Source: Haplodiscus bocki
Taxonomy: Eukaryota
NCBI GenBank assembly: GCA_965655095.1
Contig: OZ296655.1
Span: 61,876,001-61,940,000, forward strand
Direction: 5' to 3'
DNA: 64,000 nucleotides
Shown here: positions 54,075 through 64,000 of the stretch, piece by piece
How the letters are laid out: every line of letters begins with the position of its first letter
How positions within the stretch are numbered: the first letter of the stretch is position 1
Position numbers and translations under genes: made by a program
The notes under the pieces: model-generated
Databases searched by the model: none
Told to the model about the DNA's origin: nothing
Seen by the model: the letters and a program-made list of their open reading frames with translations, nothing else

Positions 54075-56132
54075 TTAAACAGGTGAAATGGTGTCGGGAG
54101 CATTATTGGGTTGCGTTCGAATACAGGGATAAATGGGCTCAGTAGACTCCTGAATTTCTGTCGCTGCCGGTACTGGGTTTTCGATAACTTTGTTTGGTTA
54201 ATAGATTGAGTTTAGTATTTAAACCATTCAAAGGATATAGGTAGCTGATAACAGTACTTTCCCAAAGCTGACTGAATTCCCAGTTATCCAGTCTTTTTCT
54301 AGGGTGCTCATCACAGTGACAAGGATATCAATGATCATTTTTAGGAAGAAGAATATAGCGAACCAGATTCCGCATTTTTCAAGCCAGTAACCATTGGTTC
54401 CAAAGGTCTGGACAAGTTTGTTCTTGAAATAGTTTGGAGATATCATGTTACCTACGAAGAAATTTGCTCGTGGTGCGTATTATGTGTAACCATCTGGTCC
54501 TTTCTTTTCATTTGGGCGAACCATCAAATTTTGTTTGAGTTTCTGCAGAGCATTTTGTGATGCTGAACTCATTCGGATAGAGTCCCAAATTTTGCGGAGA
54601 TGTCCTTTTGTACACATCCTTCCTTTGGCTGATTGGGGAAGCATTTGCGTTGTGAAAGAAGAGATGTCTTTGGGAGCCAATACTGCAGGTCTCTCTCTGT
54701 GTCTAACATTTGGAATAGTCTTTTGATTGGGTCTGAACAGTTTTGTGGCATAGCATCAGGTAGGGCTGGTCCAGTATTGGGATCTACGAACTGTATTTGT
54801 CTTTTATAAAGTATGGGTAATTTTTCACAACATTGGTTGAGGGTGTATAGCGGTGACCTCACTTGTGGACAAGAAGAGAGCTAAGCCAAGATTCCATCTG
54901 ACTCCAAAAACATTGATCTATTTCCAGTAAGCACGTATTCTGCAAGTCTAGGATTTTCGAGAGAAAACATCAACATAGTGAAAATTTTGGAGACTCTCTT
55001 GTTCGCATTAGTTGTTTAATCGGTTCAGTTCTTATGCCTGTTGTGCTCCAGGGCTTTCAAAGAAAAGGTGGTCAAGTTTTGTTCCTTGTTGCAACTCATA
55101 GTCCATATTCAGCCACGTGTTGATTTAGGGGTCGGCTGGTTTGGGTTGAGGACTGTGGACGCAAAGTTTTCCGGGCTTTGAAAAGAAGGCATTATTCTGA
55201 CACCGTAAAAGGTGACGGCCGAATTCATTAATTTTTCGTCTTGTTTTCATATCGAATCCACCATAGTAAACTGGAACACACATTGAGTCGTACGTCGTTG
55301 GGTAAACTTCTGTTGACTTGTTACAAAGGTGTTGTGGGTGATTCTTTACCTCGTATAGATATTAGTTTTCCGAACTCTTTTGACTAACTGTGTGATGTTC
55401 GTTGTCATCTTTAGCATGTGTGCATTGTCATTTTTAAAGACTGATAGTATGCATTTTCCGAGGGCCTCCCACGTATAGGCATAGAGATATAGTGATGTAT
55501 TTTCACTTCTTAGTTCTTCTAGGTTACAAAGTAGTAGTTGATTGTTTCGGTTGAATGTTTTGCCACATTTGATTGTCACCTTGAGAGTGATATTTTGTAT
55601 GTGACTTTCAAAGGTGTCTTTGGTTATCCATTCATAACCTTTACCTTCATTAACTTACTTTTATTTTACATTTTCTTTCCATTTGTGATGGATTCTTTCC
55701 TTGCCCTTTTCGAAAGTTAATTTGTGGTCGAGAAAAGTGAGTGATTTCACTTCGGAGGCTCTCTTGCATTGTTCAGGAGCCAGATCTATTTCACTTGTTG
55801 TCTGTGGTTGTTCAATATCCACAGTGGTATGATCATGCATCCCGCAAAAATCTGTTTCATTGGTGCTTGTTTCTGCAAATTCAGGCACTGATTTCAGTTC
55901 GGAAGAGTTCCGTAGACATGGTCAGTTTTACATCGTTAGCCTCAAAGTTCTGGCGTGCCATATTACAAGGTTTGACTTGGTTTACAGAAAAGAGACTACT
56001 TTCTGTCATTTCACTGCAGTCTTAGTGGGATACTTGTTTTGAAGAAGCAATATTAGCAGGTTTGGGTTCATATTTGTTGCACAAAGAAAAATTTAGCATC
56101 AAGAAAAATAGAAATATTTCAATGGAAGCCAT
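54075..56132 (-). pseudogene. env: env: chuvirus-G-like / herpesvirus gB-like (class III) fusion glycoprotein, decayed
   Basis: Signal peptide MASIEIFLFFLMLNFSLC at 56132; *DCSEM..SLFSVNQVKPC; CGMHDH (55829-55846); EQCKR; YTWEALGKC; NMDYEL..TKLDHLFF; CEQER..LENPRLA; CPQV..QCCEKLPILYKRQIQFVDP..NC; membrane region FGTNGYWLEKCGIWFAIFFFLKMIIDILVTV (ORF 54228-54446); tail EPIYP...SPV*. Confidence 0.8.
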
Positions 56133-56374
56133 CTTTTTACTTCTCATTATCACAAATGAAAACGGTACTTCGATCAAAGCCAAGATAGAAGAAGAATGTT
56201 GATAAAAAATATTAATAGGCCAAGCAAATGATGGGAAAGATTTGTAATGTAGCTCTTGGCAATACAGACTTTCAGGCATTGGGCAACTGAAAAGGAATAA
56301 ATATTTTAGTTAGAAATGGACAACATTGACAGCTCAGGCTGGGAAATTTTTTTTGACAGCTTGGGCTACAAATC

Positions 56375-56548
56375 ACACATCGGTGCTTTCAAACCGGGAA
56401 GACACTCTTCGGCACGTTTAATTCGGAACACTACACATCGTTACGTTTGAACGGAGAAGACACTCTTGGGCACGCTTCAGCTGGAACACTACACATCGGT
56501 ACTTTTAAACCGGGAAAACAGTCCTCGGTACTTTTAAGCCGGAATACT
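56375..56548. repeat. Tandem repeat 58 bp x 3 upstream of env
   Basis: acacatcggt.ctttt.aaccgggaagacactcttcggcacgttt.agc.ggaacact starting at 56375, 56433, 56491. Confidence 0.88.
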
Positions 56549-56660
56549 AGCTAAAAGAGAACAAAGTTGGTCAGAGCTGAAAAAGGAATAGGTTTTTGAG
56601 AAACCTGAGAGGTTATATAAATTTTACTATGCACCTGAGAGGAAAAGATTTAGCAAACGT

Positions 56661-56736
56661 CACTGGCACCACCAGTGGTTAAAAGGCAAACAACTAGCAC
56701 CAATAGTTAAAATGTGTAAGCGCTGGCACCACCAGC
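56661..56736. repeat. Three regularly spaced small hairpins (~30-bp period)
   Basis: cactgg-cacca-ccagtg (56661-56677), aacta-gcaccaa-tagtt (56692-56708), gctgg-cacca-ccagc (56722-56736). Confidence 0.75.
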
Positions 56737-56749
56737 TATAAACATTTTG

Positions 56750-57450
56750 TATTTGCACCATCAGGAATGACGCTTTTCAGTCGAACTGATTCTGTACTAT
56801 CTTCTTGATTTCTTGTATATGGTAGCCTGTATGGGTTCCCATATGGACCTCAGCAATTTTCATAGAACATGAATGTCGTGTCGAGTAAGATGCTGTTCTG
56901 GACGCTTTTTAGAGCCAGTCAAAGTGAAGAAGAGTTTTGCGAAGGCAAGTGTTTCTCCTTTGATATCGAGGTGATTGGATGAGTGGGGTTGTCGATAGGA
57001 TGGATACTAGCTGTGAGCCGAAATGGGTGCTCAAATGACCATCTAATTTTTGTTATCATATAATCATGACTTGCTCCTCTGTGTATAGTTATGGTCCATT
57101 GGCAGTTCAGTTCGATTTCTTCGGTTTTATTTTCTCCGTAGATAACTCCGTCTGACTCAAACATTATCGATAACTTCTCTCAGGTTTAGGTTGGGTGAAT
57201 AGGCATGTGGGAATCTACGTACGTTTTCCAAAAAGTGGTGATATAGAGCTTTGTAAGCTTCGCACTTCCGCAAAGTGTTATCTTCTATAGATATAGTTAT
57301 AAGGATCGATGAGTAAAATGTACCAGTTGATGAGATATCTTTCAGTTTCTTCTCTGTCAGGAATGCAACTGAAAAGGAGTGTAATGCATGATTTTTCGAT
57401 TTTTGTTTGTTAATTTCTGTGATAATTCTGAAAATGGATGGTGTTTAATC
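56750..57450 (-). pseudogene. Possible accessory ORF Y between pol and env
   Basis: ORF 56919-57164 (CQWTITIHRG...KIRWSFEHPFRL) plus protein-like frameshifted segments upstream (RYLINWYILLIDPYNY; YHHFLENVRRFPH). Confidence 0.35.
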
Positions 57451-57999
57451 ATGTTCTTCCAGTTTCATTTTTGTTTATGCGAACTGTTTGCTAAGTTGAT
57501 TTTTGGATTACGGGGTGACGCTAGGTCGCAAAATTGTAGTACAATACGGAGGTGAGACCAAGTTACAAAGGTTGTAGAATGGTAGAAGAGTAGAACAATA
57601 CGAGGGCAGAACCATGGGTAGATTGATCAACACGTGGGGAGAACAAAAGATAGAGAGAACAATAGGTGAAAAAACAACAGCTGGATAGATAAATAGGTAA
57701 GTAGAAGAATAGGAGGGTAGAACAATAGAAAGTTAGAACAAAAAGCAGATATAACAAAAGTTTGTTTTGAATAACGGAGGTTAGGACAAAGTTTGATGAA
57801 ACAACGGACTAGTGGATAAAGGAAATGTTGAATAAGAAGTTGGTGTACAAGAGGCGTGTAGGAAAAAGGTTATTTTGTCATCAGTTGCTGTTCTTGTAGC
57901 TGATGGGATCTTTATTTCAAGGTATTCCTTCCTTTGAGCCATTCAGTTTGATCCAAAAATTCTTTACTGTAAGTTTTTCGTCTCTTTAATTTTGCTTAC

Positions 58000-58950
58000 A
58001 AAGTTGCTTTTGCTACGGAGAGCACCCGCCGCCGTTGAAACAAATTTTTGAAAAGGAAGTTCGGGTTCGGGAAAGAAAATGGAGCAAAAAGAAAAGAAAA
58101 TGGTCGGGAGATTTTTGTACTGTTATTGGCCGTGTTTGAAAATGAAATTTTACATTCTCTTGTTTTTCAGTTCCTGCTTCAAATTGGATATATTCTGCTT
58201 TGTTCGTGATGGCTGAAGTGGAACCCGAGAGAACAGTCTGGACTTACTTCTTGTGTGCAGGGGAGATGGCCAGATTAAATTCCTTCATCGGGTAGTTGAG
58301 GTTGCTTCTCTTTGTCCGCGATGATATGGTCCAGTTTAATTTGAGCTAATCTTCTGCTATAAACCATATTGGAGGTTGTCGCGGGAGACGATGTACTTAA
58401 TTTTCCATGGGTATAGTCCACTACATGATGTTTTTTGATTTTCAGAAATGTTGTTCTGTTTCAGTGGTTACCTGCTCTAGTCTCTGTTTATGGGGAAACT
58501 TTATGGTTAATTTGGAAGCTAGCCAGCTGCGACACGAATTGCTGGGATTCATCGGCAAAAGGCAAGTTATCCAGCGCTGGAAGAAACTTTTGAATATAGA
58601 GATTTCCTCAATTTTCTTGCACAAACTGTGGCAATATTGAGGTTGGATGATGTGTGCTTTGTAAATTGTCTAAAGAGATTGTTTTAGTCCTTGTATTGTT
58701 TCGTTCCTAGTTTTCTGATTATCTGAGTGAGCAATTAGGATCATTTAATTTTTTCGTTTAACTCAAGTCGAAAAATGAGCTTTTTTACATTTTTCAAAAG
58801 CATTGGTTAAATTTGGTGAGGTATTTGAGGTAGAAGTCTGTGAAACTTGTATCGGATTCGGTAGCTCAGGTGGCCGTCTATGCATAGGAGTCATGGGTAA
58901 AGTATGTATTTGTAATTGGGGTAGGGGAAACAATGCTCTACTTTTGTAAA
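58000..58950 (-). pseudogene. Accessory ORF X (Pro/Ser-rich N-terminus then globular-looking region), unknown function
   Basis: ORF 58763-58969 Pro-rich; then one frame ~58743-58200 with scattered stops: MILIAHSDNQKTRNETIQGLKQSL*...KSFFQRWITCLLPMNP...PPIWFIAED*LKLNW. No integrase motifs. Confidence 0.45.
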
Positions 58951-58959
58951 AAGTTGTTT

Positions 58960-61900
58960 TTAAAGACACAGAATTTCATCTCGGTTTTGCAAGTATTCTG
59001 TACTGTTCTTCTGTAGCATAGGAGGTTACTCTCACTTTCGACAAAAATTTGTTCAAGCTTGCTGTAGTATGATAACAGAGCTTTTGATTGGTTGATATCG
59101 GGTGTCTTGTGAAATCTTTTATCAGCGGTTTCAATCCATTTGCGAACAAATTGCAGTATGCGGTCATTGAGTTGTTCTTCCAAAAGTGTTTGTGTGTTAA
59201 ATTCCGCTACTAGAGCGAAATCATCAAGTTTCTGGATCAGGTCAGTTGTGTCTCTGTGAGAAAAGAGCTCGTAGGAAATCGGTTTCCTGAGAATCGGTTC
59301 ATCTTTTGGTTTCGTACGGAACGGTTCATGGCCTACGGAATGATTTCGACAGAAAACGGGGTCTTGACTTTAAGTTGCGTTCAGCTCTTTCAGTTTCGTC
59401 CTCTGTAGATTCTTCGTTTTACTGATCAATGTCAATGTAATCTCGTTTACTAAGGTTAGAGGTGCTCGATGCCACGCTAATTCTGGAGCAAAAATGGTTG
59501 TACGGTTTATGGTCTTCCCGAGCTTAAAGCAGTTGATCGTGTCTTGCATGGTAGCTAGAATTTGGTAGTCTTCATAATAATAATCTTCAAGTTGATTCTC
59601 ATTCCCATCGTTTTTAGGTCTAAGAGTCTTTCTTGTAATACTTTTTTGGCAAATAATGGCGTAGAAGTTGTCGCAACATGAATTTTGTTCATCTTCTTGC
59701 TTAATTGTGTAGTGTACCTCTTGGCCGTTTTGATCACAGAAATGATATATAGTGCGGAGTTGCTTTTCCGAAGTTCTCGTCAATTTGCCTAGGAGAGTGT
59801 CACGTTTCTGCTGAGGATGTCAGGGAACGCGAGAATGGTTCCAGGTGTCCAGATGATTTTGAGGTTGTGTAATTTGGTGATGATGATGACATGATATTTG
59901 AAAATTTAATGGGATAACGATCTCTCTCGTCCCCAAAGGTAGAAATTTGGTTTCTGGTCGCAGTACAGATAGATTAGGAAAGGTGACCCAATAATAAAAT
60001 ATTTGTATGCTTGTAGTGCTGATACTATCCCACGTAACTCACGGTGGAGGTTTGGCATCTTCTTTTCAGCGTTACCGAAAACTCTGGAATTGAATGAGAA
60101 TATGGAAGGGGTACTCCATTGCGGGTACTGCCAGTGTAGTCTCTTCGCTAATTCTGGTTTTGATTTCTTTAAACAATTCTTCATGCCTAACGGTCCATTT
60201 GAAAGGGGTAAGTTTTTGATCAATTCATTGGATGGTTGGCTATCGACGAGGAGGTTCTGGATATAACAGCTAAAAAAGCCAAGGCAGCCGAAGATTTTTA
60301 TTACAACCCTTTTGTTCTCGGGAGACTTCAGATTCTGGGGCTCTTTCAATCTTTTCGCAAGGGGTTGGATCATTTTCTTGGGAATGACATGGCTGAAAGA
60401 ATTACGTTACTAAAAAGATTTGAGTTTTGTTAGGCGCAGCCTTAAGGCTTTCTCCTCGAAGAAGCTGACGATACTCGTGAATCTTCGCAAGTATTTCTGC
60501 TTTTTTTGGGACTGGATTAGATTGTCGTCAAAGTAATTATAGTTTACTTCTTCTTGATTAGAGGTACTAAGTTAACAGCCGTAATCCGGCGGAACCATTC
60601 GGGTAGATCACAGTGTCGGTAGAATTCAACTTGGTAGGTGTACTGTTTTCCTCTTACTACAAAGTTTGTCAATTTCTGTTTCAGGAGGTAGGGAAACCTA
60701 GTGGTAAGCGCATGAAAGTTTGCTTGGCGTAAAGTATTTGCCAATGAATCGAGTCACTATCATCTGGACTGGCTCTAGTGACCACGAGTAGTTAGTCAGG
60801 TCGGTGATTGAGTTTACATATCTATCGTCGATGACTAGTTTAACATAATCTGCTTTTGGGAGTAGTATGATTGGGTTTACAAAAAGTGATCCCAGCTCAT
60901 CGTCATCTCCCATTTCTCGAAAGATACCAGAGTTTTGAAGTTGTCCAAGGAGCTTCTCCCTTTATCTTTAAGGTGAAGAGGGCATTTACTACGTCTTAGT
61001 TTCCTGAGTTTTGAATTGGGTTTCAATTTAACATGAATTTTTTGTTTTGTCCGGCCAATGTCAAATTTGTGTCAAGAATAGACGCCCTTAGAGTCTATGA
61101 TCACATCATTGAGAGCAACTAGTTCTTCGACTTTCAGGTCAATGTCTCGGAAATCAAATTGTTTTATGAGATTTTTGTTATCTTGTGGTTGATGTTGAAG
61201 GTAGTAACCGATTAAATCATCATTTAGTGGCTTTCATCTTAAATTAGGAAATTGTTCGCTGCAAGGTGGTTGACAGGATTTTGAGTCTCTAGTGAAGTCG
61301 GTCGTTGGGTCGTCTCTTTCCCTAGTCCAATCGTCTATTTAGTTCTCTACTTCGTGTTCTGCATAATGTTCTCCGTTCGGTGAGGTATTTATTCTCATAT
61401 TGTCTGGTTCTCTCCTTCTGATTATCTGAATTTGGATTATAGATTATGTGCAGGTGCCTTGTTTCAGTTTAAAAACATCAATCCATTTGAATTTATCTAA
61501 TCCACAACCAATTTTTAGCATTGTACTTTTGGTGACATTGTTAAGTAAAACATGCCCTCTCATATTTGCAAGTGAGATTCGGAGGTTGTCGATTTTTGAT
61601 TTTTCGTAAAATTTGATTCAGTTTCTAGATTGTAGATTAAGTTGTTGGAGTCTGGGTCCCAGTAGGGAGCAGCTGAACTTACGGGTGGTTTGTTTTTCAA
61701 CAAAATTCTTGAAGTCCGTTCATTCTTGTGCAAATTCTTCCGGCAAATCATTTGCTAAACTTCGAGTTGGCTGGGATACAATGAGCATTAGCAGAGTTAG
61801 CCTGAAAAATTGTTTCGTCGTTCCCATTCAGTATCTGTATTTTATCTTTTATATCACGCTCACATAAAATGATACAATGGCGGAGGAAGCATTCGTTATA

Positions 61901-62729
61901 CCGGTCGTTCTCCGTAAGATTTGAATTGACCATTTTGACACAAGCTCTGTTCTGACATTTGGGTTTCTCGTAGTCTGAGATATCGAGTAAAGAATATCCA
62001 ATATCTCATTTGTTCAGATTATTTTGGTGATTTCTGTTGTTTACCATCGGAAAGGGTAAACAAGTCTCAGATTGAGTGCATAGCACGTTAACGAAGTCAA
62101 GTCTTTATTTGATGGATTGTTGGAGAGGAACAAAGGTGGTTCCTAGTCGAAAATTTTGTGACTTATCTTCCGACAAGTAGTTCCAAACTCTGAAGGTTTT
62201 GGCATCGATCTGGATCTGGTGGGGTGTCCTGATAGTGTGCATCTTTGAGACGAAATGATAGGGTTTTGTGGAACACAATTTTCATTAACAGGTAGCGTTC
62301 GCTGTAATTTTGAGCTCTATTGCAGGTAATTCGAAATGCAATTTCGAGACATATTGTTGGCCAATTTCGATTGCAAGTAAGTTTAACGTCCGTTTCTGTA
62401 TTCCATATTCGAATCTGAAACTGGTGTTCTCCATCTGAATCAGAGCTGAAAGATAGAGTAGTATGTCCATTCATCGGCACAATGTCGCCATTGTCGGTTT
62501 TTGTTTTTTGGTCACTTCTCACTACAGTGATAGGTTGTTTGATATGAGCAATTTTGAGGAAGGTTCTATTATTTATGATAGAACAGGCTACCCCAGTGTC
62601 GAGCAAGAATTCGATTTCGAGTCCATCATCTTTTTGGCTGTCTCCGCTGGGAAAGTAAAAGGCATTCAAATGAAAATGTGATTTGAAGTTACTTTCTTCA
62701 TCTGGTCTCGGAGACTTCACGATTTTAAA
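58960..62729 (-). pseudogene. pol: pol (protease - insert - RT - RNaseH - linker), integrase apparently deleted
   Basis: FLLDTG (DTG 62592-62600); RT FVNPIILLPK..KLVIDDRYVN..LSCAYH (ORF 60698-60913) and YFDD (60524-60535); GCLGFFSCYI; RNaseH RELRGIVSAL..LYCDQKP (ORF 59906-60373); pre-integrase EQLNDRILQFVRKW (ORF 58938-59183). Confidence 0.88.
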
Positions 62730-64000
62730 GGAAACAATCCTGATATAGGGTTTCCTATATCTTGTCCCTGGTCTTCAATAATTTAAACTGATTTGTGTGT
62801 GGGTAGATCATTACTCTGTGGGAAGTTTCCGTTGTATTGGGTGTGAGAGTTTTTTGGCTTTGCGCCAAAGATATACTGAGTTTGTTGACAGTTATTGCTG
62901 CCGTTGGTGCAAGGTTTACTTGGCCTTTCATGTTGGTACTAATCATTTGGATTTCGGTTCTTATTCGGATTGAATTAATTTTGGTAGTAGGGTTTCTGAC
63001 TAATCTGATTCCCGTACCTGGGTTGCTGATTGTAATTCTGAGGTTTCTGAGACTCAAAATTTGGTCTTCTTCTTTTATTATAATCATGAGTGAAAGCTGT
63101 TCTGCGCTCTTGTTTCTTTGGTGTGTGTTGTGTTTTGATATCGTCGTCGTGGTCTTTAGTTCTGCAGTACATGAGGGTGTGTCCCTTTTTTCGGCAATAT
63201 GAGCAGAATCTTGTTATGTTTTGTCTTGATTTGTCCTCCACAGGTCGGGAGTTAGACTGATTGACTCGATTCACTTGTTGTTCTCTGATTAAAGTAGTTA
63301 TTTCTTTAATCTTTTGCTCTAGAGAGTGAAGTTTGGTGTTCTGATCGGTAGTGGCATCAACAACTAGTTCTGAACTGATTGTGCAGATAACGTCTTCTGA
63401 AGTGATATGGGTCTGAAAGGCATCCCGAGTTGCATTCGGGTGCTCTATCGAAAATTTTTGAGTTTCTCTCTTCAGTCCATTTAGTTTGAGTCCTCTGGCT
63501 GTGAATTCGAAGTATTTAGCATTTCTTTGGTTCTGTTGATTATCTCTTTCGGCCTGAGTTCTATTTGGGTCTAGTGGTCATCGTTTGTCAACGGCACTTT
63601 TGACTCTGTGAGGAAAGTTTTTGATTAATCCTTCAAAGCCCGTACACATTTCTCTGCTTTGGTCGTGTCTTTATTTATCTCGGTCATCTGAAAATCTATC
63701 AATGAAAGCAGTTATGATTTGATCCCAAGTTGTTGTATCTTCTACTGAGTCGGCATACCATTCTGCTGCTGGTCCTTGTAGGAGAGAAAATAGGGCTTTT
63801 TTTGAAAAAAAAAGCGAGCTCTTGCAGCGTTGTCAGTTGGTCGTGATCCAAGTACGAAATTGATCTTGTTTTCAGGTGTTAGTAGAAATGATTTTTCGTC
63901 CTGATCGCGATCATTACCCAAAAGTTTAGCTAAGGCCAAATCTGGGAATGGTACTGTGTTCTCTGCTATCGTTAGGAGTGTCTGGTTTCGTGGGTGTCTC
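62717..64000 (-). pseudogene. gag: gag, decayed, 5' part outside window
   Basis: TTWDQIITAFIDRFSD (~63685-63735, retrotransposon capsid W..F..F motif); CCHC knuckle CSYCRKKGHTLMYC (63164-63205); N/Q/Y-rich tail. Confidence 0.85.
62723..62729 (-). promoter_or_regulatory. Candidate -1 ribosomal frameshift heptamer T TTA AAA at the gag/pol junction
   Basis: One frame reads ...GLFPLKS* (stop 62717-62719); the protease ORF 62163-62720 is in the -1 frame; heptamer is correctly phased X XXY YYZ. Confidence 0.6.

Larger units (their letters stand above)
52814..64000 (-). mobile_element. Large env-bearing Ty3/Gypsy retroelement with accessory ORFs (decayed; 5' end beyond window)
   Basis: Collinear gag, pro, RT, RNaseH, unknown ORFs, glycoprotein and unknown ORF all on - strand over >11 kb. 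Confidence 0.88.

Overview
AT-rich eukaryotic (probably invertebrate) repeat-dense DNA with no intact cellular gene that I can support; nearly all ORF-track entries are fragments or antisense shadows of decayed mobile elements. In order: a decayed minus-strand Ty3/Gypsy element (~0.9-6.1 kb); a diverged ~177-bp satellite (~8.5-10.8 kb); a 293-bp MITE with perfect 8-bp TSD (12653-12945); a fossil Polinton/Maverick-like endogenous virus (~18.2-26.3 kb: protein-primed DNA polymerase B on +, converging on a minus-strand block with a probable major capsid gene and two tandem minor-capsid-like paralogs) cut by a 200-N scaffold gap; RTE-like LINE remnants (~31.9-32.9 kb and ~49.1-51.3 kb); a head-to-tail array of ~2.2 copies of a 5.5-kb Gypsy element sharing 144-bp LTRs (35.4-47.7 kb); and, from ~52.8 kb to the window end, a large minus-strand Ty3/Gypsy element organised like a complex retrovirus. 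That element has gag, a -1 frameshift site, pro-RT-RNaseH, two unknown ORFs, a chuvirus-glycoprotein-like (class III/gB-like) env, a third unknown ORF and a candidate LTR, and is the most interesting object here. Family assignments come from by-eye translation and motif recognition, not database searches; boundaries of decayed genes are approximate.
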